DNA of 55,196 bases, filler included, from Blastocystis sp. subtype 4 (GCF_000743755.1; 2 parts of 2 records of this genome joined end to end with filler, not necessarily neighbours in it), one strand, 5' to 3'; shown: positions 26,753-39,710, counted from the first letter of the whole stretch. Numbers and translations are program-made. The notes: a model not told the origin generated them from the sequence alone.

Positions 26753-26767
26753 GGAACCTTCTAGAAC
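26753..26767. promoter_or_regulatory. Heat shock element (three alternating nGAAn units)
   Basis: gGAAc cTTCt aGAAc, 57-71 nt upstream of the HSP90 ATG. Confidence 0.75.
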
Positions 26768-26991
26768 CATCTTTGGTTCTTAAACTAGATGAACGAAGAG
26801 TCTGTTAAGAATCAAATCGAATGAAAATAACCATCTAATTCGGGTTTAAGTACAAGATTGTTCATGAGAGTGAACTGAAACAAATCAATCATGATTCTGA
26901 TAGAATGAGGGGTTTCAATTGTGTCTGAAAGAATTAAAGGAAAGTGGAAGAGAACAACTACAACTCATTCATTGAAACGGTATGAGAATAT

Positions 26992-27468
26992 TCAAATCAG
27001 AATCATTGTATTCAATTCTTCACACCATTTCATTGATACAAATGTTGGCTTGGTCATTATCAAATACATTCTCAAAGCCAATCGAAATGTGTGCAACATA
27101 ACACAAATATCAATGAAACGCCTAAATCAAGATCATTCCACGAATTCTCTACCACACAAAACTTGTGTCAATCATGATATATCCTGATTCCCGCGGGATG
27201 TATCTATCTCTTTTGATTTAATCNNNNNNNNNNNNNNNNNNNNNNNNNNNNNNNNNNNNNNNNNNNNTTAATTAATTAANNNNNNNNNNNNNNNNNNNNN
27301 NNNNNNNNNNNNNNNNNNNNNNNTGCATCTTGTTTGGTAGCAAAGAAACGACTCGCTGAGTATTTTCCAGCTCTTTGAATGATCTGGAGTCCGAAGCGAT
27401 ATTTCAATGCCAACGAAAGCATTTGGATAGCGAGAAAATGACTTGGAAACAAATTGGGCATAAGACAA
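26992..27468 (-). CDS. Possible hypothetical gene spanning an assembly gap
   Basis: Open frame from 27468 into the gap; 31-nt GT-AG intron-like segment at 27122-27152 beyond it; no recognisable family. Confidence 0.2.
27224..27323. other. Assembly gap containing artificial TTAATTAATTAA linker
   Basis: N runs flanking a 12-mer (27268-27279) with stops in all six frames. Confidence 0.9.
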
Positions 27469-27555
27469 CCAAAACTGACCCTATTGTTGGTACAAAGCGA
27501 TCAAAGAACAAACAAGAACAACCCGAAACTATAACCAGACCAGGGCTACATCGTC

Positions 27556-28071
27556 TTATTCCTTCTTAGCAGCAGCCTCCATACGAGCCTGACGAGCAGC
27601 GAAGTTGTTGGGACCCACTCTCTTGGCACCAGGAGCAAGCACAACATTCACATAACGTCTGTTGTACTGCTCTCTCTTCTACAATTCAACCAGTCCACTC
27701 ACAACTCACCTTAGCACGACCCACATGGGACTTTCCCTTCTCCTGCTTCTCCACCTTAGGAGTCTGGTTTCGCACCTTTCCAGCACGAGTCAGAGAACCA
27801 TGGACCTTGCCACCTCCAAGCACACGAAGAGCAACAGTCAGAGTGGAGTCATTCTGTACGTTGTAGTCTGCAAGAACACAGGAATCATCAAGTTGCTTTC
27901 CTGAAAAGACGATGCGCTGAGCCTCAATAGCAATACCCTCCTGCTCCTGAATCATAGACTTGATATCTGCCACTGTAGTGGTAGACTCAACAGAGAAAAC
28001 AGATGTTCCTACGAGAATCACCGTCTGTATCCCAATGGCTTACTATTCAGAGTATCAATGAGAATATGCAT
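27556..28071 (-). CDS. RPS30: Ubiquitin-like / 40S ribosomal protein S30 (eS30) fusion
   Basis: Ubl domain ([29 protein letters not shown]...LRVLGG) fused to [25 protein letters not shown]...YNRRYVNVV...GPN; two short introns. Confidence 0.95.
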
Positions 28072-28262
28072 GGTACTCTACAGAATGAGGTAAAATGAAC
28101 CATTACTCTTGGCTATAAGTTTCTATTAAGGTGTTTGCGGAATTGGAAGGTAGGAGAACATTATTGGTGGAACCAAAATTCGTTCATTTCCAAGAAACAG
28201 AATAAGTGGGATTTATAACTTCATCTGCTATTGCAGCAAGTTCATATACATCATACTAACAC

Positions 28263-28592
28263 ATGAGGTAAACATAATGTCACTACCAGTGAAAACAGGC
28301 CCCACTGTTCAGAAAGAGACCATAGATCATACGAAAATACGGGAGAGGAAATACTATGCTGACCATAATGAACAAAAATCTAATCCTACCCAAATCTTTG
28401 CAAAAGCCAATCCACACAGATTCAAACTCATGATTCGATCATCTCGTAATAACATCTACAGTTCATTCCCCTTTCCAATCCCACTTTGGCACTACGAATT
28501 ACATTATCTCGTGTAGTGGAATCAACATGCCGAATGGGCCAAGTTACCTGACTGCACTTCACAACTTCATGGTTCACGACTACAGTTCATGA
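28263..28592 (+). CDS. Small hypothetical protein
   Basis: ATG AG, ~31-nt GT-AG intron, then in-frame PTVQKETIDHTKIRERK...; 3' structure uncertain. Confidence 0.3.
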
Positions 28593-31500
28593 TAATCCAT
28601 ATTCCAACTATTCTTAGTAACACTATTAGATTCCAATGACATTCGACACTCCTTATCAGAAGTCACGGTCACAATAAACGCATTCCTATTCTTGAAATAG
28701 ATATCGATAAGTTTCTCCACACACACATCTATGTGAAATGATATAACTAATAAACCATACTTGTTTTTTCAATCCATTCCTGTTTATCTGCCTTTCTATC
28801 ACTGATTCCATCAAGAAATTGTTGTCCGTTCGCATCCGAATCACTGTCCTGATAGTGAGGCTGTATTAAGGAGAGAAGATAATATACTCGTTTTAGTTCC
28901 TCAACCTCTTCCTTGATATCAAATCATTATTCCTATGTATACTCTCTGACGATTTGTAACGATTTCCTGAATACTACGTACTTCCTCTCGGGTTGGTATT
29001 CTATACTTGAAACTCTACATTCATATCAACTTCAGAATCTCAATTAGAGATGAATATTCACTAGATTTAACAACGATTTCATTTCGAGTCTCTAACTGTC
29101 GTAACTGTTCCTTCACCTTGTGTAACGGTTGCTGAAGGAATCGACTGAAGGAAAACAAATCGAGTTCCAACAAATCTAATCATTAACTCCTTATCTCTTA
29201 ATGGACTTGTATTTGGATCGTAATTGTTACAGAAATGGAAAATGGAAGCGAAAAACACTGATTTCTGAATAAGCTATCATTCATTGAGTTATTCAACAAT
29301 ACAGCATTGGAATCGATTGGAGTGATAATACAATGATTGTTAAAATCAATATCTAACCGAATATAACCGTGGTTTTCAAGTAGAATTAGAATGGTTCGTA
29401 AGATTGCTTCAGGAATATCATACTTCTGTTCAGCGAATTTGAAGCAAATGAATGTGAAGACTTTTTCACTATCTTGCATAATATCATTCACAAACCTTCG
29501 GATTGACATAGGATTCACAGCAGATAGAAATAATGATGAGTACAATCTGTTTATAGTATCATTTGATATGAAGGAAATACAAAGAGCTTGTTCTTGTTGG
29601 GCTCGATAACGACCGATCTCTTGAACATATTCTTGAATGGAACGGACACCATAGAGATGCAGCACACTCTACACATCAGAATCTGGATCGAGTATCACTT
29701 TAACAGAAGGTAGATTTACTCCTAATCCAAAGGCAGATGTTGCTACAATCACATGTAATGAAGAATTGGCTTTGATTCCAGATGCCTTGTCAAATGTACG
29801 AAGACTCTTTTTCCTCATTCCTGCATCCAATCCTCCATGATAAGCAGAGCACTACGACTGATAGAACGTTAATCCATTACATCGATCTGATGACTCTGAA
29901 GGAATTCACATACTGCAGTAGTATCACGACGAAAAGGGACGAAAATGATCACATTTTGCTGTTGTTTTGTGCCACTAAATAGACTTGATTTCAGGAATTG
30001 TAGAAGAAGTCTATAGTTTAGCACTGTTATGAGTGCTCACTGTAAACAGACAAAGGGTTGTGAACCAGAGACAGCACACATCTGAACCTCCTTCCTTCTC
30101 CACCCACAATCAACCACATTCTCATCACTCAGTTCCAGTTGCTGACAGATATCAGCTCGAACCTGACTGCCTCCAGTGGCTGTGAGAGCCAAGAGTGAGC
30201 AATGAGGTGAGGTCTGCCTGATAACATGCACGATATTATGGAGACGAAGGTAATCAGAACGGAAGTTGTAGGACCAAGAGGAAATGCAATGGGCTTCATC
30301 AATAACAATGAGACGGATCTGAGAAGCAAGTGATGTTGATGAAATGAGAATACGGAAGAGAGAAGAGAAGAGTTTCTCTGGAGAGATAAAGAGAACTCGA
30401 ATGATTCCTGATTGAAGAAGAGTGATTGTTCGAATAAGAGATTGAGGTTGAAGAGTACCCGAAAGAATGAGTGAAGGAAGAAGTGTAGGGAGCTGTTTGT
30501 GTTGATCTTGCATAAGAGATATCAGAGGAGATATCACAAGAGTAATTCCATCATGCAGTAGAGATGGGATTTGATACGTTAGAGATTTGCCACTTCCTGT
30601 AGGAGAGATGAATAACTAGCAATCATAAGAAGAAGGAGTGAATACAGTGTCTGTATGATTAATAACTTGAGTCATCACTCGAATCTGTTCTTCACGTAAC
30701 AACGATATACCAAAAACATGGTCTGCTATTTTCTGGAAGATAGAAGGAATGGGTGGATTGGAATCTGAAAGAGAATCTCTCAGCATCTTCATTTCATCCA
30801 TAAGACTGGACGAATGTCTCAGTAAACCTTCAATTGCTTCCATTTTTGTTCCTTTCCATCGATATCTCATCAATCGAGATACATTCTTCAATTCTTCATA
30901 CTACGCTTCAACCATCCCAATCATATCAACAGACCATTCTTTCAATTCCTCCTTCAGATACTTCAAAGTTGCCTCCTTGCTATCTTGGTGTGAAGGTTCC
31001 TCTAGAGTCAGATGCGTAATCAGATTCATAATATCACCTCGATTGTTATCCTTCCATAAGAAGAAATGACAACTTCGATTCCGTTCCAAGGGACAACAAT
31101 AGAATTGACGGCCATTGTTCTTTCCAGACTTCCTCACAGTACGCAGTACAGTGGGCAGTCCATGACTACAAAGAGGGTTTGCATCCTCGGGAGCAGCGGC
31201 ATTAGAGGGAGTTGTATCAGAGGACTGAGGAATCTTCTTCTGCTTCTCTAAAACGACTTGAACCACTTCTTCTTCTAACATTCCTGGTCCTGAACCACTT
31301 TGTTCCTGCTGATGCTGTGTTGTTTCCTCCTCAACTTCAAGTCGATTAGTCTGGCTGGAGTCAGGAAGTGTATCCACAGGAGTGTAGGCACGATGGAAGT
31401 GACGTTTCACATTGAGATGTCGCTTCAGATTCAACCGAACAAAGTTATCAGGAGCCGTCATTTGGGTTGCTAAGAGTAATAGTTCAGCAAATCCAATACC

Positions 31501-32127
31501 ACGTGAAGATATGATTGCTTTTGGAGTTGAAGAATCTGAGATCGAGTCCGATTTGTCTCGAATCGGAGGTAGCTGTTTCAATTGTTCAGTATTATGCTTT
31601 ATCGATTCTGGTACAGGAGTCAGAGTTTCAGGAACAACAGGACGTTCATGATACACCTTTCGAAGTTTTGCATCCACAGACTATTAATCACTTTCTAGTT
31701 TTCAAAAAATCACTCGGAGGGAGAGAAATTGATCTGTTGAACGTAATGACACACCCGATCTCAGTTTCTACAATTATTAACACTCCTTACAACCTACATT
31801 CCCTCTTGACTTTGTAACTGTGACATTGGAAGAAGAGAGAGTAGCAATGAATTGATTAGCTGTTACAGGGATTTCGGATTCAGCAAGATCTATGTCCAAT
31901 ATATCCAAAAGAACAGATATTACTCGGTTCCTTTTCCACTTTCAGGGAATCAACAAACGACAGTCTTGGACTACAAAAATCAAACACCGAAAACATCTCT
32001 ACCGTTTTGCCACTTCCGTCTTCAATACCATTTGTGTAGGACGACTGGGACTCGTTTCATGCTTCTCGACTTTCTTGCGAGTTGGCCTTTTTCTGAGAAA
32101 GAACAACCAATCCTACCACTCATCCAT
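28580..32127 (-). CDS. RECQL4: RecQ4-like DNA helicase with GRF zinc finger
   Basis: DNFVRLNLK (RecQ4-type motif), zf-GRF, SPTGSGKSLTYQIP, ISPLISLMQDQ, IDEAHCISSWSYNFRSDY, LALTAT, VATSAFGLGVN, YVQEIGR; termini approximate. Confidence 0.85.
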
Positions 32128-32201
32128 ACCCCAATGATTGTTTAAACAAACATAACACATCACTCAAGCTGCCTATCTCAGAAACAGAATGTCCTGACAA
32201 T

Positions 32202-32762
32202 TTACCAGATGGAACTGGCAGAAGAAGCAATCTTAGGCCAAAGATCAGCAGCCTCCTTGGCTACAGGTCCGGTGATACCAGATCCCTTCATCTCACCCTT
32301 GGGGTTCACGATTACACCAGCGTTATCTACTTATTACTCTATACAACCAACAATCACCCTCGAAGTAGAGATAGACTCCATTCTTTCTTCTCCAGCTCTT
32401 TCTCTGTCTCACCACAACAGCGGGCATGACTACACCATCAGAGAAAGTCCAATAAGCAACTTACCCTTCTTACGGAGTTCAGGCTTTCCCTTCTTCACAG
32501 AAGCAATGAACATATCTCCAGCAGCTAGAAATGAACATCAAACCCCACAACACACAAGCAGCAGGAAGTCTGTTGAGACGAGCACCAGTACGAGTAACAG
32601 AGATCACATACAGATTCTTAGCACCAGTGTTATCAGCACAGTTGATCACAGCTCCAGTAGGGAGACCAAGAGTCATTCTGAACTTGTTTCCAGTAGCACC
32701 TCCACGTCCTGAAAAATGAGCAACTCAGCTCCTCACATCCTACCACGTTTAGCAGCAGCCAT
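32202..32762 (-). CDS. RPL23: 60S ribosomal protein L23 (uL14)
   Basis: [31 protein letters not shown]...[21 protein letters not shown]...[37 protein letters not shown]; 4 short introns. Confidence 0.97.
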
Positions 32763-33048
32763 TCTTGCGTGATAATTGTGGGAAGCTAGAATGGGTACCT
32801 TTGTCCCAATTAAAGAAATTGGGTACATTTGCATTCATTTCTATTATATAGGTATTTAGGATTGATGTGATAGGTTGGAGAATACACAACCACTAGATGG
32901 GTCTAGCTAACAATAGGATGAGTATCCCAATGAATCACTTCAACCACTTTCCAATTTCTTGTAAACATATTTTCTAGATCTTAGAGTATCATTTTTACAT
33001 AGCTTATTCGATCATAGATCATTAACGTTTTCCTTCCATTCCTTGCTC

Positions 33049-34613
33049 ATGAACTCTACTGTAGATCTGTGATCCAACAATATAATAATTTCTAGAATGA
33101 AGTGGATAAGAAGGCCATTTACAACCACGAAAGGTCTCTATTAATTCAGTGGTTTAAAACAATTGCTGGTGGACTGTAAATGGGTTCTGTTGATTGAATA
33201 GACGGAAAGATTCGTAATGTGAAGGCGCTAGCTACGTTGTATGTCTTGCAGAAGAAGGTGGAGTCAGTGAGATCTCTTCTTGAGGATTTTAAGGACGGTG
33301 AGGGTCATACTGCTATTCATTTTGCTGCTAATCGTGGTTACATCGATATTTGTGAATGGATTCTTGGCGAATACCCTGGTTGTGTTTGTGCTTCAATGGA
33401 GGATGATGAATAGTTGGAGGCTGTGGATGAAGTGGGTGACACTCCTCTCACCTACGCTTGTATGGGGAATAGTTTTGATGGGGTGAAGTACTTGGTTGAG
33501 AAGGGTGCTTTGATCAACACCGAACATAACAATCGTTCTCCCATTCAGATTGCTTGTGGCAAGAGCGATATGAACATCATTGAATATCTCCTCGATCACG
33601 GTGCTGACCTGAGTGTTGGATCCAACAGTGAGATTGGAACACCTCTCCATTGGGCAGCAGGCGAGAATCGAGTGGAAGTGGCCCAATTGTTGCTTGAACG
33701 TGGAGCAAATGTGGATGCTTTGAATGCTCCTGGTTTGACTCCTCTGATTCTAGCTACTGCCAATACGTGTGCTCCTATGGTTCAATTGTTACTCTCTCAT
33801 AACGCAGATCCTAAGGTTGTATTGAGAGAGCGGCCTTATCAGTAGATTGCTCTTGCTGACAACATCACACCTCTTCACATTGCTGCAGAGGCTGGTCATA
33901 TGGATACATTGAAGGCATTCTTGGCTCTCCCAGTGATTGCTGAGTTAGCTAATCTGACAACAGAGAAGACTCATCTGAAGCCCATTCACTTCGCTGTGGA
34001 AGCTGGTCATAAGGAGGTGACTGCCCAGTTGGTGGATCTCACAGAGGAGTACAAAGGCCAAGATAGTGCTAGTGTGTTTGAATCAGTTAAGAAGCAGTTT
34101 GATGCTGCTAAGACTGAAACTACTCCTGCTGTGAAACCTGAAGTGAAACTAACAACAGGTCAACGCAAGATTTGTGAGAAGAAACGTGAATTAGGCAAAG
34201 CAGCTTTTAACAAGAAGCACTACGAAGAGGCTGTCCAGTACTTTACAGAGGCTTTGGAGATCAATCCTTATGAGGAGAGGTATGAATAGAGAGAGTCTCT
34301 GAAGTGTAGCTTACTCAGCAACCGCAGTGCTGCTTATATTGAATTGGGCAAATATAAGGAAGCTTTAGAGGATGGACAAAAAGCGGTCGAATTAAGTCCA
34401 AAATGGGCCAAAGCTCATTATCGTGTGGGAATGGCATATTTCAAAATGGGTTTGTATACGGATGCAGCAACTGCTTTCTACGCTGGATGCGAGTTGGCTC
34501 CTACGAATAAGGAGCTTTCAAATATGTTTAAGCAGGCTCTGGAAACAGGAAAGAGAGCATATCAGCAAGAGAATAGGGAAGCTGCGGAGCGTGTTGTTGA
34601 GAAGAAAGAGTAA
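33049..34613 (+). CDS. Ankyrin-repeat + TPR protein
   Basis: Multiple ankyrin repeats (GHTAIHFAA, GDTPLTYAC, GTPLHWAA, GLTPLILA, TPLHIAA) followed by three TPRs (SNRSAAY, WAKAHYRVG). Confidence 0.9.
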
Positions 34614-34660
34614 TATGTGGGGTCAATTGTTTGTCACAATCACTCTGTGTTAATCTGAGA

Positions 34661-34959
34661 ATGTCCTCACCTTCTGCCATTCTGATTGATTCTCAAGGAT
34701 CTGTTGTGACATCGATAGGTTTTTCGTTATGTGATGGATTCATCACTAGGACCAAAGTGTGCAGTGAATCTGTCTTCCTGTTCCGGAATTATGCTAAACA
34801 TGTATAATCGAGTGAAAGATCTCGTTCCTGGAGAATCTCCCGTTTTAACACTCGAAACTAACAAATTGTGAATTAAATAGGTTTGGCTTTATATCTAGTA
34901 AATTGATTGAAACAAAACGGAACGAGAATCTTGTGTGTATAATTGAAGGAACGAAATGA
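34661..34959 (+). CDS. LAMTOR5/HBXIP-like roadblock protein (Ragulator subunit)
   Basis: Two-intron model MSSPSAILIDSQGSVVTSIGPKCAVNLSSCSGIMLNMYNRVKDLVPGESPVLTLETNKFKLIETKRNENLVCIIEGTK; DSQG and PV..LE motifs; TGTTTGTT at 34992. Confidence 0.6.
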
Positions 34960-35047
34960 TATCTGTTTTGTGCTATATGGATTATAAGAATTGTTTGTTT
35001 AAGGAACTCCGTCCAAGCTCAATCATTAGTCTTCTTTTTCTATCGTC

Positions 35048-36108
35048 ATGAGGACTGCAGACGAAGGAGAACGAGGACGAGAAGGAAAGGAACAAGACAA
35101 GGAGAGTCAGTCAAGCCTTGAGAAACCGAAACTAGAAGAAGAACAAGTTAACGAAGAGGAGCATAGTTTATATGAGATCCACAAGCGAGTAGAATCACTG
35201 AGAACGTCGGGGAAATTAGAGCAGATGCTTCATCGGATAGGAGTAGATATAAATGGTCATTTTGCAGAGGACCGGAAACATTCGTGGTGATTTCTATATT
35301 GAGTTCAAGTTATAGCACGATTCCTCCACTTTTGTCGGAACTGCAAAAGGATGAGGTATCGAGATGGGGGTTTAGTCACGTTCCTGAGATTAAATCGTTC
35401 AACAAAGATGGGCTCTATGAAGGACATACGTACAACTGGAAGCAAGTGACCATATGTAGATACAATGAATTGATTTCAGAAGACAAGAACTTTAAGAATC
35501 CATATGCTTGTCACAATATGGTGTTGCTCTGTGATATTGCTGAATATTCCTCATTATGCTGTGATTTATTGGTTCCTAAGAATCAACATTACGAAACCAT
35601 GCGAGCAATTCAGAATCAAAAATGGGCAGAACAGCGATTGCTCCGAGGAGTTGAATATGCTAAAGAGGGTAAATACAATGAGGCTCTTCGTTGTTATGCT
35701 GAGGCAATCGAACTAGTTCCCAAGTATGCTGAGGCATATACTGCCCGTGGAGCTGCGTAAGCTAATGAAGACTTTTTGAGTCCTAGATTTGTAAAAATGG
35801 GAAAGTATAAAGAGAGCGTGAATTGTTTTGAACTGGCCTTACGAATCGATGAACATACTCCGAACGCAAAGCAATACTTGGAACGAGTATTAACGATGCA
35901 AGAGGGTCGGCCAAGCATTCGATCAGGATATCAATCCGCTCCGATACCTTCTCACTCCAAAACGAGGGATATGGATAAGCAGCTTCTTGAATTATTGAAG
36001 AAGGACGATCAGTTGCGAAGTCGTTCATCACAGAAGCGACGACATCATTCTCTGGAACACCATCGTCATCACCATTCTCGTGTTTGTAACAAACATTTTC
36101 CTACTTAA
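35048..36108 (+). CDS. TTC14-like TPR protein
   Basis: FKNP...L.I...Q...WA followed by TPRs (GVEYAKEGKY.EA...AYTARGA, FELAL...PNAKQYL), Arg/His-rich tail; likely true end at 36076. Confidence 0.65.
36081..36095. terminator. Palindromic bidirectional 3'-end signal TGTTTGT-A-ACAAACA
   Basis: Exact TGTTTGTT on minus strand and TGTTTGTA on plus strand between convergent genes. Confidence 0.6.
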
Positions 36109-39100
36109 TCGGCATAAGCATAGAAAGCAGGTTTGCCCGGCTTAGCGTCCTTCTTACGATTCATAGGATCAGCAGCATTCTCATCTTCAGCATGGAAGAC
36201 TTGTACATCATCCAACTGACAATCCTTCTTAATGTAATCAATACACTGATCCAGAACTGTCTTCTCATCAAATGGCATTTCTATTCTTCATTTTCATTAT
36301 CATTCCATACCCAGTGTGAATGCATCTTCACCCAATTGAGGGAAATCAGTCTTCACAGTAAATGAAGCGAATGCCAGAATCTCCTTCATCTGCTTCTTGA
36401 ACTCTACCATTCACATAAGCAATGATTCTTTACCGTCCGAAGCACCAACACGATCCTTCACAATTGATATGATATTTGAAGGTAATGTCTTAGTCTCTGC
36501 ATCATAACACTCTTGGAGAATACGCAAGACAAACTGCTGCCAAGGATGATACTCACGAGCACAATACACACACACCTTGGTAGGTCGCTTCCAACCAGCA
36601 GGAACCTTCTTTGGCTTCTTATTCACCTGATCACGAAGATTCTTCACATTCTTCCTGACGAAATCGATGGACCTTGTCAACACAGCATCAACAACTGGCA
36701 CTTCAGGCCAACTATTACGCCATAGATTCTCCTTTCTACCAAGCACAAATCGCCACATATTGTCAGCAAAATGAGGAACAATGGGAGCCAACATCACACA
36801 CTCCAATTCACCAAAACGCTTTAATAAAGACTTCTCCATAAATACTCCCATTTTTGTACACGCATCACGATAAGAGTTACGTACTCCTTGCATCTCATAG
36901 AATCCAATCTGAAGAGCATCTCTGAAATGCATGTCGTGGTAGGCAGCATCAGCACGACGCACACAATCATTCATTTCGTTGATGAAGGTACGATCCTAAC
37001 CATCAAGCCCAGTCTATCACACTTACAAAGAAATTATACTCCGACTCAGCCTTCTCCACAGTTGCCAGTTCACCTGACATCACTGATTGAATGAAGTCTT
37101 CTTCTGTTGTCAATGAAAGAATTGCGGCATTTGCGGTAGCGATAGCGAAATTGGCATCATCCAAACTATCACCAGCATCAGCACAAGCAAATCGTGTAGC
37201 ATCAGCTCCAAACTGCTTGATAGCGTCATCCACAGTGAGGAAGTTTCCAGTACTCTTCGACATCTTCTCATTGTTCAATTGCACGTGGCCATTACAGAAG
37301 AAGGCCTTCGGCATCTTGGTCATATCAGGCCATATAGCTTGATGATTGTAGAGACACATCATCAAATGATTCTTTATCAAATCCTTGCCACTCACTCGGA
37401 GATCAAACGGATACCAATACAGGAACTCGTGACGAAGTTTATCAAGCTTCTCTTGAGGAATTCCACAATTCTCAGGATATTTCTAAACATCAGATTGAGA
37501 GGACTAAGAATACTCCTTCACAGAATACATAATCGTACACCTCTGGACTCATCTTATCAGCTTCAATGCCTAATGGACCTACTGTCTCTCCAAACAAATC
37601 TCCTTGGAGTAAATGAGCGATTGTATAGTAAGCCATATAGATTGTTGAATCTGACAGAGACTCAATCAAAAACTGGGGATCCCAAGGAAGCTATGATTCA
37701 ATGTTCATGTCAACATCCTACACGAGTACCCAAACCAAACTGACGAGAACATGCCCAGGAACTTAACCAATCACAAGAAGCTTCCAGAGCCTGTTTGGTC
37801 TTCGGATTGAATGTCTCAAGCTTCTCACGGATGTACTGCATCACAGGTTGTTGCCAGTCCTTCTCACCATACGTAAGATACCACTGATCACTGAACGTCA
37901 CCACACACTCATCGCCAGAACGAGAAATCACCTGACCATTGGGTTCATAGTATAAAAAGGCCTCACCCGCATCAATCATTTCTTGCTGAGCAGCAACCTT
38001 TGCCTCCTCCACACGCTTGCCACTCTGCGAACCAAGAATCATGACTCCTTCATAGAAGCCCTTCTTGTAAGCCAATTCCTTTGCTTCAGCGAGTTTGACT
38101 GTATCATTCTGACTCTTAACCCCCAACTGCTCACAAATGGTCTCAGCAGCACGACGACCCAAACCAGGAATTTCAATTATTTCCACCAACTACAACTCAT
38201 CTCCATCACACAGAAATACATCGTATGGCAGAACCATTTCGTCAGTCACATGGAACTTCTCTCGCAGTTTGGGCTTCTCTTTCAAATCTCTCAGAGCAGC
38301 AAAGTCCATAGGAGCATCCGAAGGAACACAAGCCACAACTCCAGTTCCCTTGGTCATACTGATAGTTAGCAGAGGTAATGCGTAGATCTTTTCATATCTA
38401 GGGTCTCAATCATCACTCCAACAAGCATACATAGCTTGAGGTGCCTTCAACGGAAGACCAATCAGTTCATCTCCTGAGACATCAAACAGCTTCTCTACAA
38501 CACCTGTTTCCTTGAAATAGCCCTGATAGGCCATATTACGAGCACTTCGATCTGAACAGATAAACACTTCACCATTGCCCATCTGGAAGGCTCCATACTC
38601 AGCTCCAGGAAGAACAAAACAATTGGTCTGACCTAACATTGTCTCGGGACGCAGTGTAGCAGCCACCAAGAAGACATTCTTCCCTTCAAGAGCCGCGAGT
38701 TTGCCTTTAAGTTCCAATACCTGAATCTTGATACAAGTGTATGCTTGAGGAATAACTCCCTCACCCGAGGCACGATCATGATCAGCACAGATCTGGCCAT
38801 CCAGAGGCGAGTAAATGGAAGGACGCTTACCAAACTTCACACGACCTAACTCCTTCAGCTTTAAGAACTGCCAGCGAACGAAACTATTGTAATACGGATT
38901 CACACTTGTAGTGATGAATGAACGACGGAAGTCTGCACACAGACCAAACTTCTTCAAATCTTCCATTCCCAGAGGTGGGAAGAAACGAAGCCAGTGCTCA
39001 GGGTCCTTACTGTGATGGAAGAGGAAAGAAACCTACCACAAACTTCGGGATCTCTTCAGCAGGAATTCCTTGCTTCTCCAGAATCGTCCATTGATGAGCA

Positions 39101-39710
39101 CTGCTACCTCCTGTTTTGGCTACAAGCTTCGTCTTCTTACCATGGAACTCTCCAGGAACCTCTTCCTTGGTCGACTCCGCAGCAGTTTGCTTGACTTCAG
39201 AATCCTCTAGAGATCAATGAAGAAGGGAAAATGAACCAGGGAAGACGGGAGGACAACCATAAGTCTCAATCTCATGCTTCAGTTTGTTAGCAGCAGCTTG
39301 AATTGGCATTCCAGTGCAGTGGAAGCCGAAAGGGAAGATCGAATTCTTGCCCTTAAGTGCATTGTAACTAACACTAAGAGAAACAACCAGCAATTCACCG
39401 AGTTGCAAACTCAGCCTTTGTTGCAGTGAATGCATGACCCAAATGAAGCATACCGTTCATGTAAGGATAGGGGAAGGTGGCCATGAAACTAGACGTGAAA
39501 TCAACCTCTCAGCTGTACTGTTCTTCGCTCATATCTTCTGGTGCATCCACCTCAAAAGGCTTTTCCTTTTCCCACATAGCCTGCATTTTCGCTTCTGTTT
39601 CCAAGAGATGATCTCTTCTCGTAAATGACTACATGTGAAAAAAACTGGCTTCATCAACTTTTGCTCCAATCTAGAAAATAACGCCTCACTCTCATCAAAA
39701 CCTGTTCCAT
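36105..39710 (-). CDS. LARS: Cytosolic leucyl-tRNA synthetase
   Basis: [65 protein letters not shown]. Confidence 0.97.

Noticed and set aside
27268..27279. TTAATTAATTAA palindrome
   Set aside because: Flanked by N runs; artificial six-frame-stop scaffold linker
28580..28592. Possible overlap of coding ends of the RecQ4-like gene and a small plus-strand gene
   Set aside because: Both terminal exons are too uncertain without cDNA
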